A DNA stretch of 64,000 nucleotides from assembly GCA_977030845.1 (NCBI GenBank), contig OZ365110.1, positions 18,972,001 through 19,036,000 of the forward strand, written 5' to 3'. Below are positions 42,115 through 54,484 of the stretch, one piece after another. The DNA is from Fimbriosthenelais zetlandica (Eukaryota). A model generated the notes under the pieces. It made no database searches, was not told where the DNA came from, and was given only the letters and a program-made list of their open reading frames with translations. The stretch's first letter is position 1. Each line of letters starts with the position of its first letter. Position numbers and translations under genes: made by a program.

Positions 42115-45100
42115 ATGGCGGTATCAACAAACGCCGGGATGAGCGCCGTAACTAATGAACCGATCGTAGAGCCAAACATCGAAGTACCAGGATCCATCAT
42201 TCATGGACCGTTTGAGGCGGCATCAGTTGCCGAGTTGAAGCGGTGGCTTCTTTGTCGCGGGGCATCGCTTAGTGGACGGAAAGCCGATCTAGTGAAGAGG
42301 TGAGTGTTGCCTGTCACCATAGATAACCGTGTCAGTAGGCCTTGTAAACAAGTTTCCGATCACGGAAAATGGGGTCGGGTCCTGGTCCCCGTTTCCCACG
42401 GCTTCCGGGTCCTGGTCCCCGGTAGCTCATGTCGCGGTCCCCGCTCCCCTAGTCCTGGTCCCCGTTTCCCTAGTCCTGGTCCCCGTTTATCACTAAGCAC
42501 GAAGTATTACCATAAATTGACTAAATATTATGTTTATGTAATATGTTTATTAACTGTTTATGTACCTGGTAGGCCCCTATGGATGTAGCATGTTATTTAA
42601 GGTGTTTAGGCACAAATGAAATATGATATTAGTAGCCTATGATTATTAATAGGTGTAATCCACAAACTGTCATCGCAGGTAAAAACTTCTGTCCCACTAT
42701 CGAACACATTCTTATTACAAAAAAAATATATTTCAAAACTAAGTGAAAAAAGGAAAACATGTAGAAAACAAATTGGACATTTTACAAATTTGAATTCCAA
42801 ATTTATATAAAAAAAGAAATGCCTCTTTTGTGGGGGTAACTTGAGAGAGTCTTTAAATGCCCTCAAGAGAGAAATTAAATGTAAAAATCCAGCATAGTGT
42901 AAGAGAAAATCATTAGTGACATACTTCAAAACACGTCCTTTTAGAATTTAAAAGGTGTTTTTTATTAGGTGCCTAGGGAAGACCCCGGTGAGTTGAGCCG
43001 CTCGGACAGTTGAGACACCCCTAAAACTACTATTTATAGTAATGAGTCAAAATGTTCGGGTTAGGTTAGGGTTAGGTAAACCCCTAAAAATCCCTAAACT
43101 CCAATAAAAACCCTTAACCCCAATAACTCCGTGGGAAATGGGAGAGATGGGAGAATACAGAGAAAAAGGACATGGGAAGGTCCTCCATAGCCCCCCACGC
43201 CCATTCTTCCAACCAAAAGCCTCAGTTTCAATTACTTTTAATATAATTTACAGCTTATGGCTCAACTCTCCCCAAGCCAATCTAACGCCATGCTCAACTC
43301 TCCTCAGTCCGAAGGAGATTTGAGCCAGTTGGCCATGTGTTATATATTAGGCAATTCTGAGATAGCCAATGACTTTGGATTTCATTTAGGGCCTACCCAG
43401 CCCTTAGGCCTATTTCAAATAAATAGTACTACTTTATAATAATAACAAAGTTCTTCATCTAAGTTGAATATTCACCCCGATGTCATGACCTAGAGCTCTA
43501 CGAAGTAATGTGATGCGATTGAGAAGACTATTGTATAACCCCCTCAGCCCGACTAGATTTTTATAGAGCGTGAGCATGACACGTGTGAACTGACACATAG
43601 GGCTTACATGTAACTCAAAGGCTGACGCATGTTAAAGCTGGCACTTATATCAAACGGTAATGGACACATAAAGCTGACACATATATATCAAAGGCTGACA
43701 CATGTATATCAAAGGCTGACGCATAGATAAAGCGACACATGTATATCAAAGGCTGACGCATAGATAAAGCTGATACATGTATATCAAAGGAAAAACATAT
43801 CAAAAGGCTATAACATATGAGAAGCTGACACCTATCAAAAGTTAACACATTTATAACAAATTCTAGCACAAAAACCAGGAAATCCTACAGTTCCCTCCCC
43901 TGTGCCAGTCTTCACCCAGTCCAATTTGGTTATTTCTTTCGGATAAATACTTATTTTGTTTGCAATTGGTGCTTATTTGTTAAAAAACAAATAAATTATA
44001 ATTTTCCCCTAGATTCCATTGTCCGTCAATACTTGATCCTACCAAAACGGAAAAAAAAAAAATATAAGAAAACCAAAAATTATTTATTCTGGCATCCAAC
44101 CTCCGACGTTTAAGAAAGTGTAGGCCTATAATCTATACATTTAATTTTGTGTGAACCTTTTGAAAATTTAAAATGGAAGATGAAAGGATGATACATTTCT
44201 TTGTGTTTTTTGGCACAAACAAAGATAAAAAGCTGTCACACTAGGTGCTGTTTTTCCAAGTGAGAGGTGAGGAAATTCCCCCTCTGATCGCTTCACACTC
44301 AGTGGTTAGCGCGAACATGAACAGAGGGCTGTCAGAAATGAGGCGCTCACACATTCCACTTTCATCTAGTCGCACTTCCCTCTGGGTGGCATATAAATAT
44401 GGGCTCCCTACCAGCTCAAGTCATCATTCTCTCATCATGCCTCCTACAAGCAAGAGTGACTGCGTCTACTGCCTGGAACCTGTGCGCAAACGTCAACAAG
44501 GTCTACAATGCGACCGTTGCGACAGATGGCAACATCGTGTGTGCCACACGAATATCTCCCAAGCCACCTATCGTCTGATGGTCAAGGGCGTGATTGACAT
44601 CCCCCACTGGTTGTGCCATGCCTGTCAAAGTGTGCCCTCGGTCCCAGCTCCACGGTGCCAAAGTAATTCTGCTTTGACAGAACTGGCACAATTGACAGGA
44701 CGTTCCCTACCTCCACCTCACTCACCTATTCCAGCACCACCCACCTCACCTGCTCCTCCATCACCCCCACCTACTTCACCTGCTCCTCAATCAGCCCCAC
44801 CTACTTCACCTGCTCCTCCATCACCCCCACCCACCTCACCTGCTCCTCCATCACCCCCACCCACCTCACCTGCTCCTCCATCACCACCACCCACCTCACC
44901 TGCTCCTCCATCACCCCCACCCACCTCACCTGCTCCTCCATCACCCCCACCCACCTCACCTGCTCCTCCATCACCACCACCACCCACCTCACCTGCTCCT
45001 CCATCACCCCCGCCACCCACCTCCACTGACTTCAATATCAGCATACCGATAGAAGACGCACGGGCACAACCCATCTTGGAGGACACAGCTATAACACCCA

Positions 45101-48100
45101 CCGACGTCCTGCCAGATGCCCCAACGACCTTCGAAATTATCCCCGGGGGAACGATAATGGGAGGTGACCTCCTCGCTGATACGACAGGATTCACCTACAT
45201 AAGGAAAGAGGTTCGCGGCACTTCAACCACCTGGGTCTGTTCAAACAAGAAGAAGTACAAGTGCCGCGGAACAGTGATCGAGAAGGATGGCTCGTTCAAA
45301 GCTAAGAACGACCACACCCACCAGCATGTGCCAGGCTTTGCTTTGAAGGCAAAGGCGCGGGCCTTGGTAAGTATTACTATTATATATTATTGTAGCATAT
45401 TTTGGTGAGGGAGTGGTTACTTTCATGCAGTCCAGATCAGTATATTCAATACTTCAGCAATATCATTAATAAGCACTGTACTTTTTTTCTTTTCAGACCA
45501 GGGAAGCAGCCAAGAAAGAAGTGTTTAAACCGGCCTCTAAGATTGTGGAGGAGACACTCCAGGTGTTAGATGTCGGGGACATCGACCTCCCGGACCCACA
45601 ACTGCTGAAAAGATCTACAAACCGTTGCCGAGAGAAGCTTAGGCCCCATCATCCAAAAGATGTGACAACAGAGGTGAGATTTACAACCAGTTATACTGAT
45701 CACCAAAAACATTCTTTTTTACGATTTCAAGTTACGAAAGAATTCTTATATTCTTCCATACTGAATAAGCATACTATAATTAATTCTTTCAATGTTTTTT
45801 ACTATTCAGCTGAATCTCAACTTCATCCCAACGGATTTTCTACAAAGCGATATTCGACGAGACGGACAGCGCCACTTGGTATTTGCGACACCTACTCAAC
45901 TAGAACATCTGCAGGATTCGAAGATTTGGTTTGTCGACGGGACTTTCAAGGCTGCAAGGGACCCTTTCGTACAGTTACTGAGTATCCACAGTTTTATTAA
46001 ATCTGGTGAAATTCTCAAACAGATTCCCCTTTGCTTTATTTTAATGTCTAAGCGTAAGAAGTCTGATTACCGTTCTGTATTTCAATCTATTTTAGATTTG
46101 GTACCCCGTGAACCCCGTGTGGAAGAGGTCGTGGTTGATTTTGAGAGGGCGATTTGGTCTGCCCTGAAGGACTGCCTGCCATCTGTGTCAGTGCATGGCT
46201 GTTGGTTCCACTGGTCCCAGTGCGTCTTCAGGAAGGTCAAAGAGATGGGTCTGCGTAACGCGTACGTGAACCAAGTCAGTGTCAGGACGTACATCAAGGA
46301 GTTGATGGCACTACCCCACCTGCCAGCCAACCATATCCTGCCTGCCTTCGAGGCCCTTGAACAGCAGTGCCCCCAAGATGCCCGACTACTGGACCTGACG
46401 TCATACATCGGCGACACCTGGGTGCGGAGCCAGTCCAGACCACCAACCTCATGGTCCAACTTCAAGAGGACAATCCGCACCAACAACGACTGTGAAGGCT
46501 GGCACCTTAGACTAAACCAACAGCTGCCCCACGACCACCCCAATCTCTACATCCTGCTGCCTCTTCTCCACAAGGAAAGCCTCCTCCTTCCACTTCAGGT
46601 GAAGCTGGTAAGCCAGAAGAAGATCTACAGGCATCAGAAGAAATCGACGCTCCAAAGCCAGAAAGCCCTGCAAGACCTCTGGAAGAAATATGAAGATGCC
46701 CAGCGCACCATAACCACCAAGGAGTACCTCCAAGCCTGCGCATCTCTAAACGAACGTAAGTAAGACACAGATAATCTACCTGTATTCGATTTCTTGCTAA
46801 TTTTATCGATTTCTTGCTAATTTTATCGATTTCTTGCTAATTTTATCGAAAAATTTTACCATCTCATAATCCCCCCCCCCTCCCCCTCCCCTCCCCCCCC
46901 CCCCCCGCCCGTCCCGTGTTATTATTGACCCCCCCCCCCTCCTCCTCCTCCTCCCCCCTCCCCCCGCCCCCGCCCGTGTTATTATTGACCCCCCCCCCTC
47001 CTCCTCCTCCTCCCCCTCCCTCCGACTGATACTTATAATCCGATAATATTGTAATATCATTGAAGTACGGTAGCCTAGGCCTACTGAACCACTAAGTGGC
47101 AGGATAAGATTTAGTATGGAAGACAGCACTCTTGTGATAGCCTTAGGCTGTATTAAATTTATAAGGCTATGTCTTGTTATTTCTATATTGTATATGTTGA
47201 GACTACTACTGTGTAATTCTATTTTGTATTTATCTGTCGGCACTATCTATTGTGTGATTGTTATAAATGTCTATTATATGTATATTTCTTGATTGTATAG
47301 AATTTGTTTCATGTAAATAAAAACGAAAACTTGTCTAAGGAATCCGCTTTGTGCTTGTTATGTTTATACACAAAAATACTTAATAAAAATACTGATATAA
47401 ATTCCAAAGCCTAAATTTACTCCCTTCAATTTTTTTTAGTACAAGGATTACCTATGGGTAGGCCTACTATAAATTTGTCTCAATTTTCCCCACCAACAGT
47501 AGGCCTACCGATATGCCCATACTGATAGTCTACTATGCCCAGCCCAATGATAGCCCCAAATGTTTTCAATTCAATGCCGCACCGTTGGTTATACTATTAT
47601 TTGACCTAATCTTAATTGAACAGGTGGGTTTTAAGTGGAACAGACCTATAGTTACCTACCTATTTCTATGTTTTAAGGTAAGCATTAGCGAATCCCTATG
47701 GTAGGCTAGACCTGTGCTTCCACCTGAAGGAACTCCTTTTAACTACCGGGGTACGGTATCGGTGACCTGCCTTATTTAAACATAACAGATCATAACAAAA
47801 GTCCCCAGGCTACCCGTACATGTAGGACTCTAGTCTAGGTGTCTACATTATTTACTTATCCTTCTATCGAGGCCTGTATATACTTTATATCCCACCACTC
47901 TAAAAGTTAAATAAATGTGATTCTTTCATTGAGTACGGTACCGGTACCGGTACAGCCCGAAACTTATTATATTATCGCTCACATAGGTCTATGCTAATTT
48001 TCGCTCCATCTGAGCAAGGATAGCCCCATTAAAAAAGTGAAGACCATCAATAGTTGTAGGACCTTCTTGTCAATATCCTATCAACACCCGAATTCGTATA

Positions 48101-51100
48101 CATGTACGTTAATATAGAATTAATAGCCACCGGGGACCATGACAAAAGGGCTGGGGGCCTTGACCCTCGGGGACCACGGGAAGCGGGGACCACGGGAAAC
48201 GGGGACCACGGGAAGCGGGGACCGCGACCAGTATTCCGGAAAATCACAGATAACTGTCTGAAAGTGTTTATTTATTGCTATTTCGAGGTCAGAAATGAAA
48301 TTTACAGAGAATTCTGCCACTGCTAGTGATGTTCGGACAGGATGTCATGAAATAGATTTTATAATATGGGGGCCCGCAAAATTGTAATGTCATAAGACAT
48401 ACCGGGTAACCGGGCCCGGGGGCGGGGCCTAGAGGCTAGATCACTACCAGCCCTATCTCTTTTCATAAATCTCCCAGTCCCGAAGCCGATGGCGATATCG
48501 ATGATCAACCGGTGGGATTATCAGTGGCATAAGGTCTAATAACTATACTGATCTATTAATATAAACTCTCTACAGTCACAGTATGGGATGGTACTTCCCA
48601 ATCCCTGTAGCACTAGCACTGTCTCAGTGTCTGTAGCAGACTGCAGAGTCAGCCTGTCAGTCTCTCGGGCTATGAATGAATGAATGAAAATGGTTTATTT
48701 GACTCACAGAGTACAGTGTATGTCAGCACCTTGTTTACAATAAGAAAAAGACATTTTATCCATATTTTGTATAAAGTTGCAAATCTTGTTAGTGGGATTT
48801 TCCCTATCTTCAATATTACATTGAGTTTTTACATTGAGTACATGCCTATGTCAACTTGACAGATGTCACTAAATGTCATATTAGTATAACTGATCAGGAA
48901 TGGGAATGATCTCACTCAAATATGTGTAGTGTAAGTTAGTAAGCCTAATCAATTTTTTTCAGTACTAATGGAATCATTGAAAATTACCAGAAACCCCTGG
49001 CCATGGGGATTCAGATCTCTATTGACTATTGTTCAGTAAATCTGTAATAAGTCTAGATCTACCAACATTCGTTAGGCCTACATATTTGTATTGTGCTAGA
49101 TTCTATTTGGAACTAAACAAGTTTTTCTGAAATAGTTGATTAATGCATTTATGAACACAGATTTTACAGGACTGGTTGTGTCGTCTGTACCTAATAGTCA
49201 TGTTTCTCTATTTATAGGTGCAAAATTTATGCAGCTGACGCAGCTAGAGCCAGTCGAGTGACTGATCCAGACAGACCAGTGGCAGAACCTTCATCTGTAC
49301 TATCTGTGGAGGCTCTCCCTACAACCGGCTGGTCTAAGTCCATAGTATCAATACCTACAGGCTTTGGGCAGTCGTCCATATACAAACATGTTGGTGGAAA
49401 AACAGAGAAACACAGGGTTTCGGGCTACAACATGTTTAAATGTCATAAAGTGGAAAACATGCAAGTTTGCCAGCTAGAAGAAGTCCCATCTTTATTTAGA
49501 ATAAAGAGTGTCGTTGGAGCTAGCTTCACCAAGGACAGGTATAAAGTCGCTGTTGATTTGAATGAAAATGGCTTTGTAACGAAAGGGAAGTGTGCATGTA
49601 AAGCCGGAGCCTTAGGGCAGTGTAAGCATCTTGTGGCCACCCTCTACCAACTTAATGATTACAAGGAGGCAGGCCTGAAAGAAATCCCAGAATCCATCGC
49701 CTGCACAGAGAAACCCCGTGAATGGGGGGTTAAGAAATCAAAACAATCAGGGATAACGAAATCGTTTCAAGATCTTCACTTCATCAAACATATCCCAGGA
49801 AAGACGCCCAGGAGTGTAGAAAGCCAGCAGCGTAGAACAGCATACTGTTGCCTAGCCCCCAAGAACATTGAAATGCCTCCTCACCAGATAAAAGAATTAG
49901 GGACAAGCTTACAGCCCTATCGGCATATGTGGAGTACCCTTCTTCTGCAGGTACATTACTTTTGCATAATATTGTTAATTAGTCTATTATAACTAGTCTG
50001 TTATTAATTATCTTTACCTGGAATAATGATGACAGCGAAAGATCTTAAAATTTTATTAATCAATTTATTTATTTTCTTATGTGGCTGCATTAGAACTGAA
50101 TTTATCTCAAATTAATACAGGTTAATATCAGGTTATTAATAATATTAGTGTTTCATAAGTTAACGATTAACATGCAATATGTCTTCCCAAAATATTTCAT
50201 ATTGTTTTCATAGATAAATATGTATAATATTAAGTATGTAATCCTCACAGAGCATCAATGAAGTTCCAGAACCCAGTCGAGATCATCCCATTGAGTCAGC
50301 CACCACGCCCATCACTGAAACTACCATTGATATACTAGACATTGAGGTAATTTTAATCGTATTACTGCTATTAAAATTAATATTTAATGTATGACATGAA
50401 ATTAATGTCTGTACATGACTAGTGATTTATATTAGCATGGTAGGAATGTATGTACGTCTGTATATTATTATCCCATAGATAATTATATATATTTGTATTT
50501 ATTCCTGACAGGAAATCAATGAAGGTCCAGAAGCCAGGCGAGATCTCCCCTTTGAAACAGCCGCCACACCCACCTCACCACCCAAATGTAAAAGGTCCCG
50601 CATGTCTGCCATTGAACCACTGCCACTTCAAGAGTGTGAAAATCAAGTGCTGGGGATTTTGACACGCCCTGCAGAGGCCACTGAACCTGCGACTGAGCTA
50701 CTAGACCTTGAGGTAATTTTAATTTATTCTATTATTGTTATTAATATTTAATGTCTGTATGACTATTGATTTATATATATATAAGCATGGTAAAACTGAA
50801 TGTACTTATTGAATGATGTATATTTTATATAAAAAAAATAACATAAGCACAATGTCCGAGTGGATGAGTGATTAGCATATATTATATATGGAGCAGGGAC
50901 TGACCATGGTTGGTGAGGCCCTCTAACACTAGGGGGCCTCAGTGTCCTATACAGGTGGAACAGGTGGCTTACATCATCAGTCTTTATATATCCATTTATG
51001 TGAAATATAAATAGTAATTATTAAACCCTCACAGGAAATCAGTGAAGGTCCGGATCCTCACATTGATACAGCCACCACGCCCATCACTGAAACTACTACT

Positions 51101-52304
51101 GAGCTACAAGCAGCAATAGAAGAAAAAACCCGAGGGCAGTCCAGAAATAAAGATTGGTTCCGTGAGAGAATTGGTGAGTATTCATGATGCATGATAATCC
51201 AGTCTTTTTACATCTTGGAACCATTCTTTTAATTCAAAATTTGTTTACCAGGTTAACATTATGGATTATAATTTAAAACAAACTATTAGAAACTATTATA
51301 ATATAATAGTTATGGTTTGTTATGTGAATGTGTATCTCCTGGTATGAATTCTGGTTCCAAGATGTTGAGGGACAATGCATAGCAATTTTATGCGGTGCAA
51401 AACCAATTTGTATAGTATTAAATATAATTTGTATAGGTATTCACTGTTTATTTTTTTACCCTTGTTCTGCCTGGCTGCACCAACGTTTATTGAAGGAATA
51501 CATGGCATGGTAGTTTTACATTGCAAATTGTGATGTGGTACCGAGGTTTTACTTGGCTCTGTATTAATTAATATAATTTCACAAGTGCCATATCCATTTT
51601 CAGGGAGAATCACAGCTTCGATCGTTGGTCAGATCGTAAAGAGGCGGGAGCAGACCCCTCCCGATGTGCTTGTCAAAAAAATCATGGGCTACGAGACGTC
51701 ATCTGCTGCAACATCTGCTGCTTGTACCCATGGCATCACACATGAAGATGAAGCGAGGCAAGCCTACATCTTACACAACCAACAACAGGGTGTCACACTT
51801 AATGTGGAAGAAAAGGGACTGATCATCGACACAACAAGACCATGGTTTGGTGCTAGTGTTGATGGTGTGGTGATTATAGATAGTCCCACACCAGATACAG
51901 GTATCATTGAAATTAAGTGCCCATATTTTCCCAATTCTAGTACTGTAGTACCAAGTTCTGTTCTTGAAATCGCTGTTCAGCGTAAAGATTTTTATATCAA
52001 AGCAGATGGGGCTATCAACAGGAGGCACAACTCTTTCTTTCAAATACAAGCACAGATGGGTATTTTGAACCAGAAGTGGTGCGACTTGGTAGTCTATTTT
52101 TGCTGTAAAGGTCATGGGATCTGTGACTTATTCATCAAGAGAGTCCAATTTGAGCCTGATGTATACAAAACTATCCTTGAGAAAGTAGACAAGTTTTACC
52201 TGGAAGGGATAGTCCAAGAACGGAAATTCAGGCGAGTACAGCGGGGGCTTAAGTTGTATCCAAATTCGGAGCGATTTAAATACACAGGTGGAAAAGAAAA
52301 CTGA
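42115..52304 (+). CDS. Transposon accessory protein: SAP domain - SWIM zinc finger - acidic/Thr-Pro linker - YqaJ-like (lambda exonuclease, PD-(D/E)xK) domain, about 684 aa
   Basis: Exons 42115-42299, 49218-49950, 50251-50346, 50512-50712, 51035-51173 and 51604-52304, all GT-AG and frame-consistent (2055 nt, no internal stop). SAP: SVAELKRWLLCRGASLSGRKADLVKR. SWIM: CACKAGALGQCKH. YqaJ: IEEKTRGQSRNKDWFRERIGRITAS, HEDEAR, GASVDG, IEIKCP, FQIQAQMG. Confidence 0.88.
43615..43845 (+). repeat. Degenerate tandem array of about 20 bp ATATCAAAGGCTGAC(A/G)CAT-like units upstream of the MULE gene
   Basis: Repeated AAAGGCTGAC/AAAGCTGAC-CACAT/CGCAT-TATATC motifs read directly. Confidence 0.75.
44437..46763 (+). 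CDS. MULE transposase with N-terminal PHD finger, proline-rich repeat and FLYWCH-type zinc finger, about 686 aa
   Basis: Exons 44437-45366, 45497-45673 and 45810-46763 (2061 nt, GT-AG, in frame). PHD C4HC3: CVYC...CDRCDRWQHRVC...WLCHAC. FLYWCH-like: FTY...WVCSNKKKYKC...HTH. MULE catalytic core: WFVDGTFK, VVVDFERA, GCWFHWSQ, RTNNDCEGWH. Confidence 0.9.
44734..45026 (+). repeat. Coding minisatellite, 30 bp unit x about 9, encoding TSPAPPSPPP
   Basis: CCACCCACCTCACCTGCTCCTCCATCACCC-type units, in frame within the MULE exon 1 ORF. Confidence 0.93.
46786..46849 (+). repeat. 20 bp tandem repeat x3 (TCGATTTCTTGCTAATTTTA) just after the MULE stop codon
   Basis: Read directly; followed by duplicated poly-C tracts containing CCCGTGTTATTATTGACCCCC (about 46870-47020). 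Confidence 0.9.
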
Positions 52305-52357
52305 GGGGGAAATGTAAAGTATGAATGACAAATGAAATATTTCTATTTGGGTACACC

Positions 52358-52715
52358 AAAATGTGGCATATTCAGCTAATGATCGTAGATTAACATGTGG
52401 CTTCTTCACCTAATGATCGTAGATTAAAATGTGGCTTATCCAGCTGTGATAGATTAACATGTGGCACATCCACCTAATGATTGTAGATTAAAATGTGGCT
52501 TATCCAGCTGTGATAGATTAACATGTGGCACATCCACCTAATGATTGTAGATTAAAATGTGGCTTATCCAGCTGTGATAGATTAACATGTGGCATATCCA
52601 CCTAATGATTGTAGATTAAAATGTGGCTTATCCAGCTGTGATAGATTAAAATGTGGCTTATCCACCTAATGATTGTAGATTAAAATGTGGCTTATCCACC
52701 TAATGATAGTAGATT
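52358..52715 (+). repeat. Tandem array of alternating 30 and 34 bp units (64 bp higher-order repeat) downstream of the YqaJ stop
   Basis: CAGCTGTGATAG recurs at 52441, 52505, 52569 and 52633; both subunits share AGATTAA(A/C)ATGTGGC. Confidence 0.9.
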
Positions 52716-54484
52716 TATAAAATCTTGTTCCCAGTGTTTACCGTCCGCCATATTGGTACTAGGTAAATTATAATTTTGTAACAATAATATGAATTATTAA
52801 ATTCTGTATTCAGATGACTGTATCTTGTCTATTAATGAATTTGGATGATGATTGTTTTGAATCAGGAAGGAAAGTGGGTTCCTGCCAGACTCCAGTATAG
52901 GCCTGAGGGCTAAGCCCTCCCTTGGAAGTTCCAATTGTTTTATCATAGACATATAGCTACATGTCTATGGTTTTCTTATTGACTATCAGTGGCTATTGTT
53001 ATAATGACATATTACATATTCACGGGGAGAAATTTAATATGGAATTCCATATGAGTTAGAACATATGCGAGCTATGGTAGGGTGTTGGGTGAGAACAAAG
53101 GGTTGATAAGAGTTATTGTATGGTAGATATTGGACTGGAGAGCTAAACTAGTCATTTCAAATTATTGACATTCATTATTATTTATACAATTATAATATAA
53201 TCATAACAGAAAGATGATTCTATAATCACAATTCTTTAATAATAAACAACATTATTTTCCACTTCATGGTATGGTAGTTGCAATAAAATATATATTATAA
53301 TGAACATTCGGTTTTGCTCTTGTTGTCTGATAGCAGTATTTGACACAGTATTTGAAATAATTTAAATATAAAATCATCTTAGACATATCTTAATTTATCT
53401 GCGAACATTTCTGCATAAACGCTACTGATGACAGACATCGAATCCGCCAGTACTGGGATTGGTACAGAAAGACACTCATTACCTAAGACCAAGAAATGTT
53501 TAAATTCCAAGCCCATTCAGCCAGGAAGCTGTAAGGAGAATCACGTTTAGGTCATAAATGTGCCTGAATACCATAACTGCTATGATAAATCCAATGGTAT
53601 AACTAATTACTTCATACACTATATTTGATTATTTGAATATAAGAAATATTTAGAGATTGGATCAATGTTGGTGATGTATTGTTAAACAAAAGTTAAATTT
53701 GTTTTTAAGAATACTTCTGTATTCATAATACATGTATACATACAAAAGGTTCAATAATTTTGCTCAAAAAATATTATTAAAATTCTAGCTCTATAATTAT
53801 ACCAAAATAACACCCAGATTTATCCACTGGATATAAACATACATGTACATGTGTTTCTGAATTAGAGATACCAAAGAACATCTTCATCCAAACGTGGAAC
53901 AAACATATCTATAGACAATTGCTGATGCTGAGTATATTCCGCATTTCCCTTTATGTCTACATACTCATCTCAACCTGCTTATTATCTACATTTTTATTGA
54001 ATTTACTGAATAGAATATTACAATATCCAAATTAAATTATTTGAGGCTTCTTAAATGCTACCGACAATAGTACTCTGACATTTCCCTGTATGTGCATATT
54101 CAAATTTACTTTCTCACATTCACCATAGAATATTATGTTCTATTCACAATGCTCACCCACCACCAACTCAGCCCACCTCTGAGGTGAGGGTTCGGACCAG
54201 TGATGGCTGATAGGATTCATCTGGAGATTTATTCAGATAGTTTCTTATCAGTATTTTAAATGGAAATTGTATTAGGTACTTATAGATGAGACCATAATAA
54301 ACCACGGGCGAAATCATTTTTAGGACATCTGGAAACAGATTCAAATTTTTCATTTGGGTGTGAAACACCTACATCAGCCCGGGGGGTGGGGTGGGGGGAT
54401 GCACGTTGACTAATGAATTACAATAATGACATTAACTTGCGGCCCGCTGTTATGTGAGGTTCTGCAATATTGTTACTAAAATCA

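Larger units (their letters stand above)
42371..48236. mobile_element. Mutator-like (MULE) element nested in intron 1 of the YqaJ gene; boundaries tentative
   Basis: Contains an intact MULE transposase gene. GGTCCCCG(T/C)TTCCC arrays at 42371-42490 are mirrored by GGGAA(A/G)CGGGGACC arrays at 48125-48235. An 8 bp direct repeat CGGAAAAT flanks them (42363-42370, 48237-48244). The extreme terminal bases do not match well, so the ends are uncertain. Confidence 0.6.

Noticed and set aside
44787-45194. Minus-strand Gly-rich and VMEEQVRW-repeat ORFs
   Set aside because: Antisense shadows of the proline-coding minisatellite in the MULE gene.
46082-46743. Several minus-strand ORFs (73-153 aa)
   Set aside because: Antisense to the GC-richer MULE catalytic exon; no motifs of their own.
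46803-47243. 146 aa minus-strand Gly/Arg/Glu-rich ORF
   Set aside because: Produced by poly-C low-complexity tracts downstream of the MULE stop.
48670-48700. (ATGA)n plus TTTATTT resembling a reverse-oriented LINE tail
   Set aside because: Too short, and no adjacent RT-like sequence was recognised.
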